Shown here: positions 40,870-50,299 of the stretch, one piece after another
How the letters are laid out: each line of letters starts with the position of its first letter
Numbering within the stretch: position 1 is the first letter of the stretch
Source: an uncultured Solirubrobacterales bacterium
Lineage (GTDB): Bacteria > Actinomycetota > Thermoleophilia > Solirubrobacterales > 70-9
Length of the DNA: 64,000 bases
NCBI GenBank assembly: GCA_963703585.1
Contig: CAVPEX010000040.1
Span: 33,945 to 97,944 of the forward strand
Direction of reading: 5' to 3'
The notes under the pieces: model-generated
What the model saw: the letters and a program-made list of their open reading frames with translations, nothing else
The model's database searches: none
What the model was told of the DNA's origin: nothing
Position numbers and translations under genes: made by a program

Positions 40870-40889
40870 TCATCTAGACTCCGCGGCCG

Positions 40890-41123
40890 ATGATCAAACC
40901 ACGCGTAGACAAGCTTCTGGAGCACGCCGATTCCCATTACGCCGCAGTCGTCGTATCGGCCAAGCGTGCTCGACAGATCAACAGCTACTTTCACAACCTG
41001 GGCGAGGGCGGCTTCGGCGAGTACCCACCGCCGATGGTCGAGACCAACGCCGAGCGGAACTACCTCTCGATGGCGCTCGAAGAGCTCGCCGAGGGCAAGC
41101 TCAAATACGAGTACCGCACCTAG
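40890..41123 (+). CDS. rpoZ: DNA-directed RNA polymerase subunit omega
   Basis: 77 aa. ...YAAVVVSAKRARQIN... signature, in the conserved position after gmk. Confidence 0.92.
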   Translation: MIKPRVDKLLEHADSHYAAVVVSAKRARQINSYFHNLGEGGFGEYPPPMVETNAERNYLSMALEELAEGKLKYEYRT

Positions 41124-41159
41124 TCCCCCGATCCGGGCGCGAGCCCGAGGAGCAGACGG

Positions 41160-42407
41160 ATGGCACGAGTCCTGCTTGGCGTCAGCGGCGGGATAGCCGC
41201 CTACAAGGCGCTCGAGCTGGCTCGGCTGGCGACGCTCGCCGGCCACGGGGTGCGGGTGCTGATGACCGAGACGGCGACCCGCTTCGTCGGCGCCGCCTCC
41301 TTCGAGGGGATCGTCGGCGCCCCGGTGCTGATCTCCGAGTTCGAGCGCGACCCGATGCGGGGCGCCTTCCCCGGCGAGGAGCAGCCCGGGCACGACCCGA
41401 TCGGCCATCTCGAGCTGGCGGCCAACTGCGACGCCTACCTGGTCGCGCCCGCCTCGGCCAACACCGTGGCCAAGCTCGCCGCCGGCGCCGCGGACTCGAT
41501 GCTGACCACCTCTTTCCTCGCCTGCGCGGCGCCGCGCCTGGTCGCGCCGGCGATGAACGACCGAATGTATGCCGATGCGGCGACGCAGGCCAACCTGGCG
41601 ACGCTGCGCGAGCGCGGGGTCGAGGTGATCGACCCCGACGAGGGCAAGCTCGCCTCTCGCGGCGAGTTCGGGCGCGGGCGCCTGCCCGACCCGGAGCGCC
41701 TGCTGGCCCGCCTCGAGGCTGCGCTGCCGGCCGGCAACCGGCCCTGGGACGGGCTGCGGGTGCTGGTCACCGCCGGCGGCACGCGTGAGCCGATCGACCC
41801 GGTCCGCTTCATCGGCAACCGCTCCAGCGGCCGCATGGGCATCGCCCTCGCCGCCGCCGCGGCGCGGCGAGGGGCCGAGGTGACGCTGCTTGCCGCCAAC
41901 GTCTCCCTGCCCGAGCCGGCCCGGGTCCGCCGCATCGACGTCGAGACCGCCGCACAGCTGGCCGAGGTCGCCGCCGCGGAGTTCGCCGAGGCCCAGGTGC
42001 TGCTGATGGCGGCGGCGCCCGCCGACTTCCGCGCCGCCGAGGTCGCCGGCGGCAAGCTCGAGCGCCGGGACGGCCTCGAGCTGCGGCTGGAGCCGACCGA
42101 GGACATCCTCGCCTCGCTGGCGGCGCGCCGCGGCGAGGAGCAGACGATCGTCGGCTTCGCCGCCGAGCACGGCGGCGACGCGGTCGCCCGCGCCCGCGGC
42201 AAGCTGACCCGCAAGAAGGTCGACATGATCGTCCTCAACGACGTCTCCAACCCCGAGATCGGCTTCGAGAGCGAGCGCAACGCCGTCACCCTGATCGATG
42301 CCGCAGGCGAGACCGAGGTCCCGATCGCCGCCAAGGACGAGATCGCCGAAGCGATCCTCGACCGCATCGACCACCTCCGCGCAGGCTCGCCCAACCGCCA
42401 GCTTTGA
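41160..42407 (+). CDS. coaBC: bifunctional phosphopantothenoylcysteine decarboxylase / phosphopantothenate-cysteine ligase
   Basis: 415 aa. N-terminal flavoprotein domain (GVSGGIAAYKA...PAMN) and C-terminal CoaB domain (VTAGGTREPIDPVRFIGNRSSGRMG). Confidence 0.95.
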   Translation: MARVLLGVSGGIAAYKALELARLATLAGHGVRVLMTETATRFVGAASFEGIVGAPVLISEFERDPMRGAFPGEEQPGHDPIGHLELAANCDAYLVAPASANTVAKLAAGAADSMLTTSFLACAAPRLVAPAMNDRMYADAATQANLATLRERGVEVIDPDEGKLASRGEFGRGRLPDPERLLARLEAALPAGNRPWDGLRVLVTAGGTREPIDPVRFIGNRSSGRMGIALAAAAARRGAEVTLLAANVSLPEPARVRRIDVETAAQLAEVAAAEFAEAQVLLMAAAPADFRAAEVAGGKLERRDGLELRLEPTEDILASLAARRGEEQTIVGFAAEHGGDAVARARGKLTRKKVDMIVLNDVSNPEIGFESERNAVTLIDAAGETEVPIAAKDEIAEAILDRIDHLRAGSPNRQL

Positions 42408-42541
42408 GGGCGGGCCCCCGGCTGATGCTTCAAAGGTGGGACCCACCCGTCTTCTAGCTTGGGAGGGACGCTGCCCCTTCGCCGCTTGGACCCCTCCCAC
42501 GCACGCCCGAGGTGAAGGGGAGGGCCACCAACCCAACCCTT

Positions 42542-42569
42542 TTGCCTGCAATCCACGCCGAGCTATACT
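42542..42569 (+). promoter_or_regulatory. promoter candidate (TTGCCT-16 nt-TATACT) upstream of the rimP-nusA-infB operon
   Basis: -35 at 42542-42547 and -10 at 42564-42569. Same spacing and same -10 hexamer as the mihF promoter candidate. Confidence 0.45.
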
Positions 42570-42603
42570 GGCCACAAGCTTTTCTGTCCCTATCGGCGTC
42601 GAG

Positions 42604-42627
42604 AAGTGGGCCTGGCCCACTTTTTTT
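42604..42627 (+). terminator. intrinsic terminator inside the rimP leader
   Basis: AGTGGGC-ctg-GCCCACT (7-bp stem) followed by TTTTTT(T) up to 42627. It sits ~35 nt after the predicted transcription start and 16 nt before the rimP ATG. Confidence 0.7.
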
Positions 42628-42642
42628 ACGCCCGAACATGGC

Positions 42643-42903
42643 ATGACCGAGCTCCAGCAGAACATTCAGCAGCAGCTAACCGATCTCGATTCCGAGCTCG
42701 ACCTGGTCGCCGTGGAGCGACCCGGCAGCGAGTCGCTGCGCATCTTCATCGACCACCCGGGCGGCATTGACCTGGCGCTCTGCGAACGGGTCACCAGGCA
42801 CCTCAACCACCTGCTGGCCGACTACTCGCTCGAGGTCTCCTCGCCGGGACCGAAGTACCGTCGCCCCAGCACCGCTTCCGACACCAAGGAGTCGCCCCAG
42901 TGA
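42643..42903 (+). CDS. rimP: ribosome maturation factor RimP, N-terminal domain only (truncated)
   Basis: MTELQQNIQQQLTDLDSELDLVAVERPGSESLRIFIDHPGGIDLALCERVTRHLNHLLADYSLEVSSPG matches the RimP N-domain. The ORF stops after 86 aa at 42901-42903, overlapping the nusA GTG (42900). Confidence 0.65.
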   Translation: MTELQQNIQQQLTDLDSELDLVAVERPGSESLRIFIDHPGGIDLALCERVTRHLNHLLADYSLEVSSPGPKYRRPSTASDTKESPQ

Positions 42904-44519
42904 GCAAGGAGATCGTCGACGCAGTCAAAGCGCTCGAGCAGGAGAAGGGAATCTCCGCCGACAAGTTGATGGACGCCCTCGAGGACGCCCTGCTTTCGGC
43001 CTACAAGAAGACCCCCGGGGCGGCCAAGTACGCGCGCGTCGACCTCGACCACGAGACCGGCGATTTCCGCGTCTTCGAACTGATCCTGCCGCCGGAGCTG
43101 GAGGAGAAGCTGCTGGCCGAAGCGGCGGAGATGCAGGAGGAGCCCGAGGTCGACCCGGAGACCGGCGAAATGCGCGAGCCCGAGGAGCCGGAGCTGGACC
43201 CGGAGATGATCGCCCCTTATGAGGACCAGATCACGACCCGCGACGTCACCCCCGAAGACTTCGGCCGCATCGCCGCCCAGACCGCCAAGCAGGTGATCCT
43301 GCAGCGGATCCGCGAGGCCGAGCGGCAGATGATGTACGACGAGTACCAGGACCGGGTCGGCGAGCTGATCACCGGCATCATCCAGCAGTCCGACAAGCGC
43401 TACACGCTGGTGCAGCTGCGCGAGCGGGTCGAGGCGCTGCTGCCCAAGTCCGAGCAGGTCTACAACGAGCGCTACGACCACGGCATGCGGGTCAAGGCCG
43501 TGATCACCGACGTCTCCGACTCGACCAAAGGGCCGGCGATCGTCGTCTCCCGGCGCAGCCCGGAGCTGATCAAGAGCCTGTTCGAGCTCGAGGTCCCGGA
43601 GATCGCCGACAAGCTGGTCGAGATCGTCGGCGTCGCCCGCGAGCCCGGCTACCGCTCGAAGATCGCCGTCGTCTCCCACGCCGACGGGGTCGACCCGGTC
43701 GGCGCCTGCGTCGGCCCGCGCGGCTCGCGGGTGCGGATGGTCGTCTCCGAGCTGCGCGGCGAGAAGATCGACATCATTCCCCACAACGACGAGCCCGCCC
43801 GCTTCGTCGCCAAAGCGCTTTCGCCGGCACGGGTGCGCGAGGTGATCGTCGACGACGATGAGCGCCAGGCGACGGTGATCGTGCCCGACGACCAGCTCTC
43901 GCTGGCGATCGGCCGCGACGGCCAGAACGCCCGCCTCGCCGCCCGCCTCACCGGCTGGCGCGTCGACATCAAGTCGGAGACCGAGTTCGCCTCCGAGGAA
44001 ACCGGGATCGAGTACGAGGGCGAGGAGCAGTCCGACGGCCGCTGCATGGCGGTCCTCTCCAACGGCCGCCGCTGCCCCAACGCGGCGGTGCCGGGATCGA
44101 CCTACTGCGGCTTGCCTTCCCATCAGGCGCTGACCCGCTTCGACACCAGCCAGGTGGTGGTGCTCGCCAACGTCTCCGAGGCCGAGGTCGCGATCCTCGC
44201 CGACCCCGACGCGGACCAGGGCCAGGTCGACGAGATCGTCGCCCGCGCCTCGGCCGACTTCGTCGAGGAGTTCGCGGCGGAGGAGGTCCTCGAGGAGGCG
44301 GTGGCCGAGGAGGTCGCGGAGGAGATCGCCGAGGAGGCGGCCACGGGGGCCGTCGAAGACGAGGAGACCCTCGAAGAGAAGATCGTCGAGGAGGCGATCG
44401 CCGAGGACATCGAGGAGGAGGCCGTCGAGCAGGCGGCGGAGGAACAGGGCGCTGAGGAAGCTGAGGAAGCCGAACGAGAAGAGACGCAGTCCGTGCCCGA
44501 GGAGGCGGAGCAGGCTTAG
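42900..44519 (+). CDS. nusA: transcription termination/antitermination factor NusA with an unusual C-terminal extension
   Basis: 539 aa. NTD (with an acidic insert), S1, KH1 and KH2 (...GPRGSRVRMVVSELRGEKIDII..., ...AIGRDGQNARLAARLTGWRVDIK), then about 180 extra residues. Confidence 0.95.
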   Translation: MSKEIVDAVKALEQEKGISADKLMDALEDALLSAYKKTPGAAKYARVDLDHETGDFRVFELILPPELEEKLLAEAAEMQEEPEVDPETGEMREPEEPELDPEMIAPYEDQITTRDVTPEDFGRIAAQTAKQVILQRIREAERQMMYDEYQDRVGELITGIIQQSDKRYTLVQLRERVEALLPKSEQVYNERYDHGMRVKAVITDVSDSTKGPAIVVSRRSPELIKSLFELEVPEIADKLVEIVGVAREPGYRSKIAVVSHADGVDPVGACVGPRGSRVRMVVSELRGEKIDIIPHNDEPARFVAKALSPARVREVIVDDDERQATVIVPDDQLSLAIGRDGQNARLAARLTGWRVDIKSETEFASEETGIEYEGEEQSDGRCMAVLSNGRRCPNAAVPGSTYCGLPSHQALTRFDTSQVVVLANVSEAEVAILADPDADQGQVDEIVARASADFVEEFAAEEVLEEAVAEEVAEEIAEEAATGAVEDEETLEEKIVEEAIAEDIEEEAVEQAAEEQGAEEAEEAEREETQSVPEEAEQA

Positions 44520-46808
44520 TGGCTAAGAAGCGGGTTCACGAGATCGCGAAAGCGCAAGGCGTCAGCTCGAAAGAGCTACTGGCCGCGCTCAAGGCCGCCG
44601 GGGTCGAGGCGAAAGCGGCGGCATCGAGTGTCGAGGAGGCCGACGCCCTGAAGGCGATCGCCGCGGCCAAGGGGAACGGCGGCGCCGAGGCTCAGCCCAA
44701 GGCGCCGGCGCAGAAAGCCCCGGCCGCGAAAGCGGCGCCGAAGCAGGAGACCGCGCCGGCCCCGGCCGCCACCGCGAAACCCGCGTCGCCGAAAGCCGGG
44801 GCCAAACCCGTCCCGGTCGCCAAACAGGCTCCCGCCAAACAGGCCCCGGCCAAACCGGTGCGCCCGGCTGCCGCTCAGCAGGGCGGCGCCGCCGGGAAAA
44901 AACGCCGCGTCGTGATCGACTCCCAGGCCGCCCGTCGCGACCAGATGGGCGGCCCGCCGCCGCAGCGCCCGCCGCGCCGCCGCGGTGGCCGTCGCCGCCG
45001 GCCGCTGCTGGAGGAGCCGCCCGCCAGCCCGACCACTCCGGCCGAGCCGGAGGCGACCAAGGTCAACTCCGGTGCCACCGTGCGCGAGGTCGCCGAGTCG
45101 CTGGGCCTGGCCCCGGCCGAGGTGATCAAAAAACTGATGATGATGGGCGAGATGGCGACGCTGACGCAGACGCTCACCGACGAGTCGATCCGCGCCATCG
45201 CCGACGAGTACGACCGCAAGCTGGAGATCGTCACCGCGGCCGAGGAGGAGCCCGAGGAGCCGCGAGTTCGACGACTCCGACGAGGACCTGGCCGATCGGC
45301 CGCCGGTGGTCACGATCATGGGCCACGTCGACCACGGCAAGACCTCGCTGCTCGACGCGATCCGCGAGACCGAGGTCGCCGCGGGCGAGGCCGGCGGCAT
45401 CACCCAGCACATCGGCGCCTACCAGGTCCACCACGACGACAAGACGATCACCTTCCTCGACACCCCGGGCCACGCCGCCTTCACGGCGATGCGCGCCCGC
45501 GGCGCCAAGGTCACCGACGTCGCCGTGGTCGTCGTCGCCGCCGACGACGGCGTGATGCCGCAGACCAAAGAGGCGATCGACCACGCCCGCGCCGCCGAGG
45601 TGCCGATGCTGATCGCCGTCAACAAGATCGACAAAGAGGGCGCCAATCCGGAAAAGGTCCGCTCCGAGCTCGCCTCCGAGGGCATCTCGCCGGAGGAGTG
45701 GGGAGGGGACACCGTCTTCTGCGAGGTCTCGGCCAAGACCCACGACGGCCTCGACAACCTGCTCGACATGATCCTGCTCGTCACCGAGCTGGAGGAACTC
45801 GGCGCCAACCCCGACGCGCCGGCCTCGGGCACCGTGATCGAGTCCCAGCTAGACCCCGGCCGCGGCCCGGTCGTCACCGTGCTGGTCCAGCGCGGCACGC
45901 TGAAAGTAGGCGACTCGCTGGTCGCCGGTCCGCAGTGGGGCCGGGTGCGGGCGATGCACGACTTCACCGGCGAGCGGGTCGAGGCGGCCGGGCCCGGCAT
46001 GCCGGTCGAGGTGCTCGGCTTCGACGGCGTCTCCGACGCCGGCGAATTCGTGCAGGCGGTGGACAACGATCGTCGCGCCCGCCAGCTCGCCCAGGAGCGC
46101 GCCAACCGCCTCAAGACCGAGGCGCTGGCCCGCCGCCAGGCGCGCAAGGTCAGCCTCGACGAGGTCTTCGCCCGGGTCCAGGAGGGCGAGATCAAGGAGC
46201 TCAACATCGTCCTCAAGGCAGACGTCGCCGGCTCGCTGGAGGCGCTGCAGGACGAGATCGCCAAGGTCCCGCAGGAGCGGGTCGGGATCAACATCATCCA
46301 CTCGCAGACCGGCGGCATCAACGAGTCCGACGTGATGCTGGCCTCGGCCTCCGACGCGATCATCATCGGCTTCAACGTGCGCCCGCTCTCCGACGCCCGC
46401 CGCGCCGCCGAGCGCGAGGGCGTCGACGTCCGCACCTACTCGGTCATCTACAAGATCACCGAGGACCTGCGCAACGCGATGGAGGGCCTGCTGGAGGCGG
46501 TCGAGGTCGAGGAGACGGTCGGCGAGGCGCTGGTCAAACAGACCTTCAAAGCCTCCAGAGTCGGCCGTATCGCCGGCTGCATCGTCGCCGAGGGCAAAGC
46601 GGTTCGCACCGCCAGCGTCCGCCTGATCCGCGAGGGCACCGTCATCTGGACCGGCAAACTCGGCTCCCTGCGCCGCTTCAAAGACAACGTCCAGGAGGTC
46701 GAGGAGGGACAGGAGTGCGGCATCGTGCTCGACGGCTACGCCGACGTCAAGGAGGACGACGTGCTCGAGTTCTTCCAGACGAAACAGGTCGAGCAGACCC
46801 TCGACTAA
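44519..46808 (+). CDS. infB: translation initiation factor IF-2, one apparent frameshift
   Basis: N-terminal Ala/Pro/Lys-rich region, then EEPEEP / EFDDSDEDLADRPPVVTIMGHVDHGKTSLLD. This implies a 1-nt indel near 45260-45264. The GTPase and C-terminal domains (ORF 45306-46808) are intact. Confidence 0.93.
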
Positions 46809-46809
46809 G

Positions 46810-47172
46810 ATGGCCGGCGCTCGCATGCGGCGCATCAACGAGGTGCTCCGCGAGGTCGTGGGCGCCGCAATCTCCAGCGATTTGAGCGACCCCCGCATCG
46901 GCTTCGTCACCGTGACCTCGGTTGAGACCAGTCCAGACCTGCGCACCGCCAAGGTGTACGTGAGCGTGCTCGGAGACGAGGAGGAGCGGGAGGCTACCCT
47001 GAGCGGTCTGCGTTCTTCGCACGGGGTGATCCAGTCCCGGATCGCCGCCGAGACCCGGATGAAGCGGACCCCGACCTTGACCTTCCACTACGACGACACG
47101 ATCGAGAAGGGCGTGCGGATCTCGCAGCTGCTGGACGAGGAGCCGCCCGACGGGGTCGAGGAGGAGCGATGA
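46810..47172 (+). CDS. rbfA: ribosome-binding factor A
   Basis: 120 aa. ...RINEVLREVV...DPRIGFVTVTSVETSPDLRTAKVYVS. Confidence 0.92.
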   Translation: MAGARMRRINEVLREVVGAAISSDLSDPRIGFVTVTSVETSPDLRTAKVYVSVLGDEEEREATLSGLRSSHGVIQSRIAAETRMKRTPTLTFHYDDTIEKGVRISQLLDEEPPDGVEEER

Positions 47173-48167
47173 ACGACACCGGCGTCGCCACCTCCGACAT
47201 CGAGCGCGTCCGCGCCGAGCTGCGAACACGCGACCGCTTCCTCCTCACCGCCCACGAGGGGCCCGACGGCGACGCCCTCGGCTCGCTGCTGGGGATGCAC
47301 CACCTGCTGAGGCAGCTCGGCAAGGACTCGGTGATGTTCCTCGCCGCCAAGGAGTTCCCGCTGCCGATCGAGTACCGCTTCCTGCCGCTGGAGGAGGTCT
47401 TCCACGAGCCGCCGGCGGACATGGCCTGCCGCACCGTGATCTTCCTCGACTGCGGCAACATCGACCGCATGCCGGTCGACTTCCTCACCGCCGGCGACAA
47501 CTTCGTCATCAACATCGACCACCACCACGACAACACCCGCTTCGGCGACGTCAACCTGGTCGAGGTCGGCGCCTCCTGCACGGCGGAGATCGTCTACGAC
47601 CTGGCGCGGATGCTCGACGTCACGATCACCCGCGAGATGGCCGCGGCGCTCTACGTCGGCCTGATCACCGACACCGGCAAGTTCATGTACGAGAACACCA
47701 ACGCCCACACCCACCGGGTCGCGGCGGAGCTGATCGAGGCGGGGGTCGACGTCGACGACACCTACCGGCGGCTCTACGAGCACGTGCCGCTGGAGAAGCT
47801 GCGGTTGATCTCGCGCGCCCTCGACGGGATCCAGCGCCATTGCGACAACCGCCTCGTCCTCACCTACATAACCGCCGCCGACTACGAGGCGACCGGGTCG
47901 GGGGAGGAGATGACCGAGGGCGTGATCGACCACCTGCGCTCGATCGACGGGACCAAGGTCGCCGCGGTGATCCGCGACCTCGGCGACCGCGGCCGCGCCG
48001 CCCGCAAGGTCAGCCTGCGCTCCAGCGAGGGCGACGTCGACGTCTCGGCGATCGCCCGCAAGAACGGGGGAGGGGGGCACAAGCGCGCCGCGGGCTTCTC
48101 GACCGACCTCGAACTCGACGACCTCGTCGCCTTCCTCTGCGACGAGGTCAGCGCCCAGCTCGACTGA
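47169..48167 (+). CDS. nrnA: DHH-family phosphoesterase (NrnA-like oligoribonuclease / pAp phosphatase)
   Basis: 332 aa. DGDALGS, NIDHHHDN and GGGH motifs. Conserved position between rbfA and truB. Confidence 0.88.
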   Translation: MNDTGVATSDIERVRAELRTRDRFLLTAHEGPDGDALGSLLGMHHLLRQLGKDSVMFLAAKEFPLPIEYRFLPLEEVFHEPPADMACRTVIFLDCGNIDRMPVDFLTAGDNFVINIDHHHDNTRFGDVNLVEVGASCTAEIVYDLARMLDVTITREMAAALYVGLITDTGKFMYENTNAHTHRVAAELIEAGVDVDDTYRRLYEHVPLEKLRLISRALDGIQRHCDNRLVLTYITAADYEATGSGEEMTEGVIDHLRSIDGTKVAAVIRDLGDRGRAARKVSLRSSEGDVDVSAIARKNGGGGHKRAAGFSTDLELDDLVAFLCDEVSAQLD

Positions 48168-48169
48168 GC

Positions 48170-48823
48170 ATGGAGGCGGCGGCAAGCGGCGGCGCGGTGC
48201 TGCTCTACGACAAGCCCGCGGGCGTCACCTCCCACGACGTCGTCGCCGGGGTCCGCCGCGAGCGCGGCTGCAAGGCCGGCCACGCCGGCACCCTCGACCC
48301 CTTCGCCACCGGCCTGCTGCTGATCCTGCTGGGCCGCGCCACGCGCCTGCAGCGGTTCCTGGTCGGGCTGCCGAAGACCTACCTGGCGACGGCGCGGCTC
48401 GGCTGGCGCTCGAGCACCGGCGACCCCGACGGCGAGCTGACCGAGACCGGGGTCGTGCCCGAATCGCTGGAGCTGCCGACCGGGACCGTGCGCCAGCGGG
48501 TGCCGATGACCTCCGCCGTCCGCGTCGGCGGCGAGCGCCTCTACAAGAAGGCCCACCGCGGCGAGGTGGTGGAAACGCCGTTGCGCGACGTCCAGGTCCA
48601 CAGCGCCGAGCTGCTCTCCAGCGACGGCGAGTACGCCCACTACGAGATCGTCTGCTCGGCCGGCACCTACGTCCGCACCCTGGTCGAGACGCTCGGCGAC
48701 GCCTACTGCTCGGCCCTGCGCCGCACCCGGGTCGGCCCCTTCGCGGTCGAGGACGCCGGCCGGGAGCTCGGCCCCGAGCGGGTCGGCGAGCTGGTCCCGG
48801 CGGTTGCGGAGGCGCTGCGATGA
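48170..48823 (+). CDS. truB: tRNA pseudouridine(55) synthase, short form without a PUA domain
   Basis: 217 aa from ATG 48170. YDKPAGVTSHDVV and the catalytic GHAGTLDPFATGLL. It ends soon after RRTRVGPF. Confidence 0.88.
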   Translation: MEAAASGGAVLLYDKPAGVTSHDVVAGVRRERGCKAGHAGTLDPFATGLLLILLGRATRLQRFLVGLPKTYLATARLGWRSSTGDPDGELTETGVVPESLELPTGTVRQRVPMTSAVRVGGERLYKKAHRGEVVETPLRDVQVHSAELLSSDGEYAHYEIVCSAGTYVRTLVETLGDAYCSALRRTRVGPFAVEDAGRELGPERVGELVPAVAEALR

Positions 48824-49704
48824 GCATCCAGGTGACGCCGCTGGCCGAGGCCGAGCCGCGCCCGCGCGACGTCGCGATCGGCACCTTCGACGGCGTCCAT
48901 CGCGGCCACCAGGCGGTGATCGAGGGCGCGGACACGGTCCTCACCTTCGATCCCCACCCGCTGGAGATCCTGCACCCGGCGGCGCTGCCGAAACTGATCA
49001 TGCCCTTCGACATCAAGCGCGACGTGATCGAGGGCCTCGGCGTGCGCGAGCTGGTGATCATCGCCTTCGACAAGGAGTTCGCGACCCAGACCGCGGAGGA
49101 GTTCATCGAGCACGTGCTGATCGAGCGCCTCCACGCCCGCAGCGTCTCGGTCGGCGAGAACTTCCGCTTCGGCGCCAAGGCCAAAGGCGACCCCGCGATG
49201 CTGGCGGCGCGGCCGGAGTTCGAGACCCACGTGCAGCCGCTGGTCGAGATCGACGGCGAGACCGTTTCCTCGACCCGGATCCGCGCCCTCGTCGCCGCCG
49301 GCGACATGGAGGGCGCACGCCGCTGCCTGGGGGCGCCGTTCATGGTCGAGGGCACAGTCGTCAAAGGCGACCAGCGCGGGCGCCACCTCGGCTTCCCGAC
49401 CGCCAACATCGTCCCCGACGACCGCCTCGCGATCCCCGGCCACGGCGTCTACGCCGGCTTCGCCAACGGCGTCCCCGCCGCCGTCAACGTCGGCATCCGG
49501 CCGACCTTCGAGAGCGGCCGCGGCGTCCTCATCGAGACCTACCTGATCGACCACGAGGAGGACCTCTACGGCAAGACCCTGCGGGTCGCCTTCGTCGAGC
49601 GCCTGCGCGGCGAGAAGCGCTACGCCGAGGTCGACGAGCTGGTCGCCCAGATGCACCGCGACGTCGACGACGCCCGGCGGGTGTGCGCGGGCTTCACGGC
49701 CTGA
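48820..49704 (+). CDS. ribF: bifunctional riboflavin kinase / FAD synthetase
   Basis: 294 aa. GTFDGVHRGHQ, ...SSTRIR..., and the kinase domain GDQRGRHLGFPTAN...YL. Confidence 0.93.
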   Translation: MSIQVTPLAEAEPRPRDVAIGTFDGVHRGHQAVIEGADTVLTFDPHPLEILHPAALPKLIMPFDIKRDVIEGLGVRELVIIAFDKEFATQTAEEFIEHVLIERLHARSVSVGENFRFGAKAKGDPAMLAARPEFETHVQPLVEIDGETVSSTRIRALVAAGDMEGARRCLGAPFMVEGTVVKGDQRGRHLGFPTANIVPDDRLAIPGHGVYAGFANGVPAAVNVGIRPTFESGRGVLIETYLIDHEEDLYGKTLRVAFVERLRGEKRYAEVDELVAQMHRDVDDARRVCAGFTA

Positions 49705-49746
49705 GGTGGCGCTGCGTCCAGTTGCCGGCGGCCGTAGGATGAGCGC

Positions 49747-50228
49747 GTGAGGGGGCGGCGCGCGATCGGGGTCCTGGCCACCGGCATCGTCCTCGGCCTC
49801 CTCCTTCCCGCCCAGGCGCCGGCCGGCGAATACGCCTTCGGGGCTTCCAACCAGCCTCCGAGGCGGTCCGGCGCGAGTTGAAGGACCGCTTCCCTGGCGC
49901 CGGCGAGAGCTTCGTCAACTGCCCGGAAGGCAACTGGGTGGGCGACGGCGAGCTGAAGCTGCGGGTGGCCGGCGAATCCCGCCAGGGCACCGCGCGGGCG
50001 CGACCGGTTGACCCGACCACCCGCCGCGGAGGGTGGGAAGTCACCGCGTTTCATGCGGCCTTCTTCAAGAACAGGTTCAAGGACTGTGAGACCGCTGGCC
50101 TGCCACGTCGGCCGACTCGCCTGCGCCCCACCGAGCTCTACACCGACGGCCTCTCCTGTGACGACGCACGCCGCTCCGCCGCCGACGTCAGCGGGATGCT
50201 CGTCTACGCCTTCGATCGGCTCCGCTGA
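49747..50228 (+). pseudogene. small secreted hypothetical protein, probable frameshift
   Basis: GTG 49747 encodes a signal-peptide-like VRGRRAIGVLATGIVLGLLLPAQAPA. The downstream ORF, ...ASEAVRRELKDRFPGAGESFVNCPEGNWVGDGE... to 50228, is in another frame. The junction is at a GGGG run near 49838. Confidence 0.4.
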
Positions 50229-50265
50229 GGGCTCGCCCCCGGCGTCGCTGTGCTAGCTTCCAGCG

Positions 50266-50294
50266 GCCGTCGCACTCGAGTGCGCGGCGTTTTT
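50266..50294 (+). terminator. terminator-like hairpin plus U-tract immediately upstream of rpsO
   Basis: GCCG(t)CGCAC-tcga-GTGCGCGGC followed by GTTTTTA. It ends 6 nt before the rpsO ATG (50300). Confidence 0.5.
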
Positions 50295-50299
50295 ACGAG

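Noticed and set aside
42408-42541. GC-rich stretch after coaBC with short inverted repeats (GGTGGGACCCACC, GGGAGGG...CCCTCCC), considered as a possible ncRNA.
   Set aside because: No promoter or terminator frames it and it has no recognisable family signature. It is more likely the coaBC 3' UTR or a weak terminator region.
44270-44516. GAG/GAA-rich periodic DNA in nusA, similar acidic stretches in ftsK (61.49-61.68 kb), and the Ala/Pro/Lys repeats in infB (44.66-44.90 kb), considered as possible CRISPR-like or tandem repeats.
   Set aside because: They are in-frame low-complexity coding regions. There are no spacer-repeat units of constant length, and no CRISPR array is present in the window.
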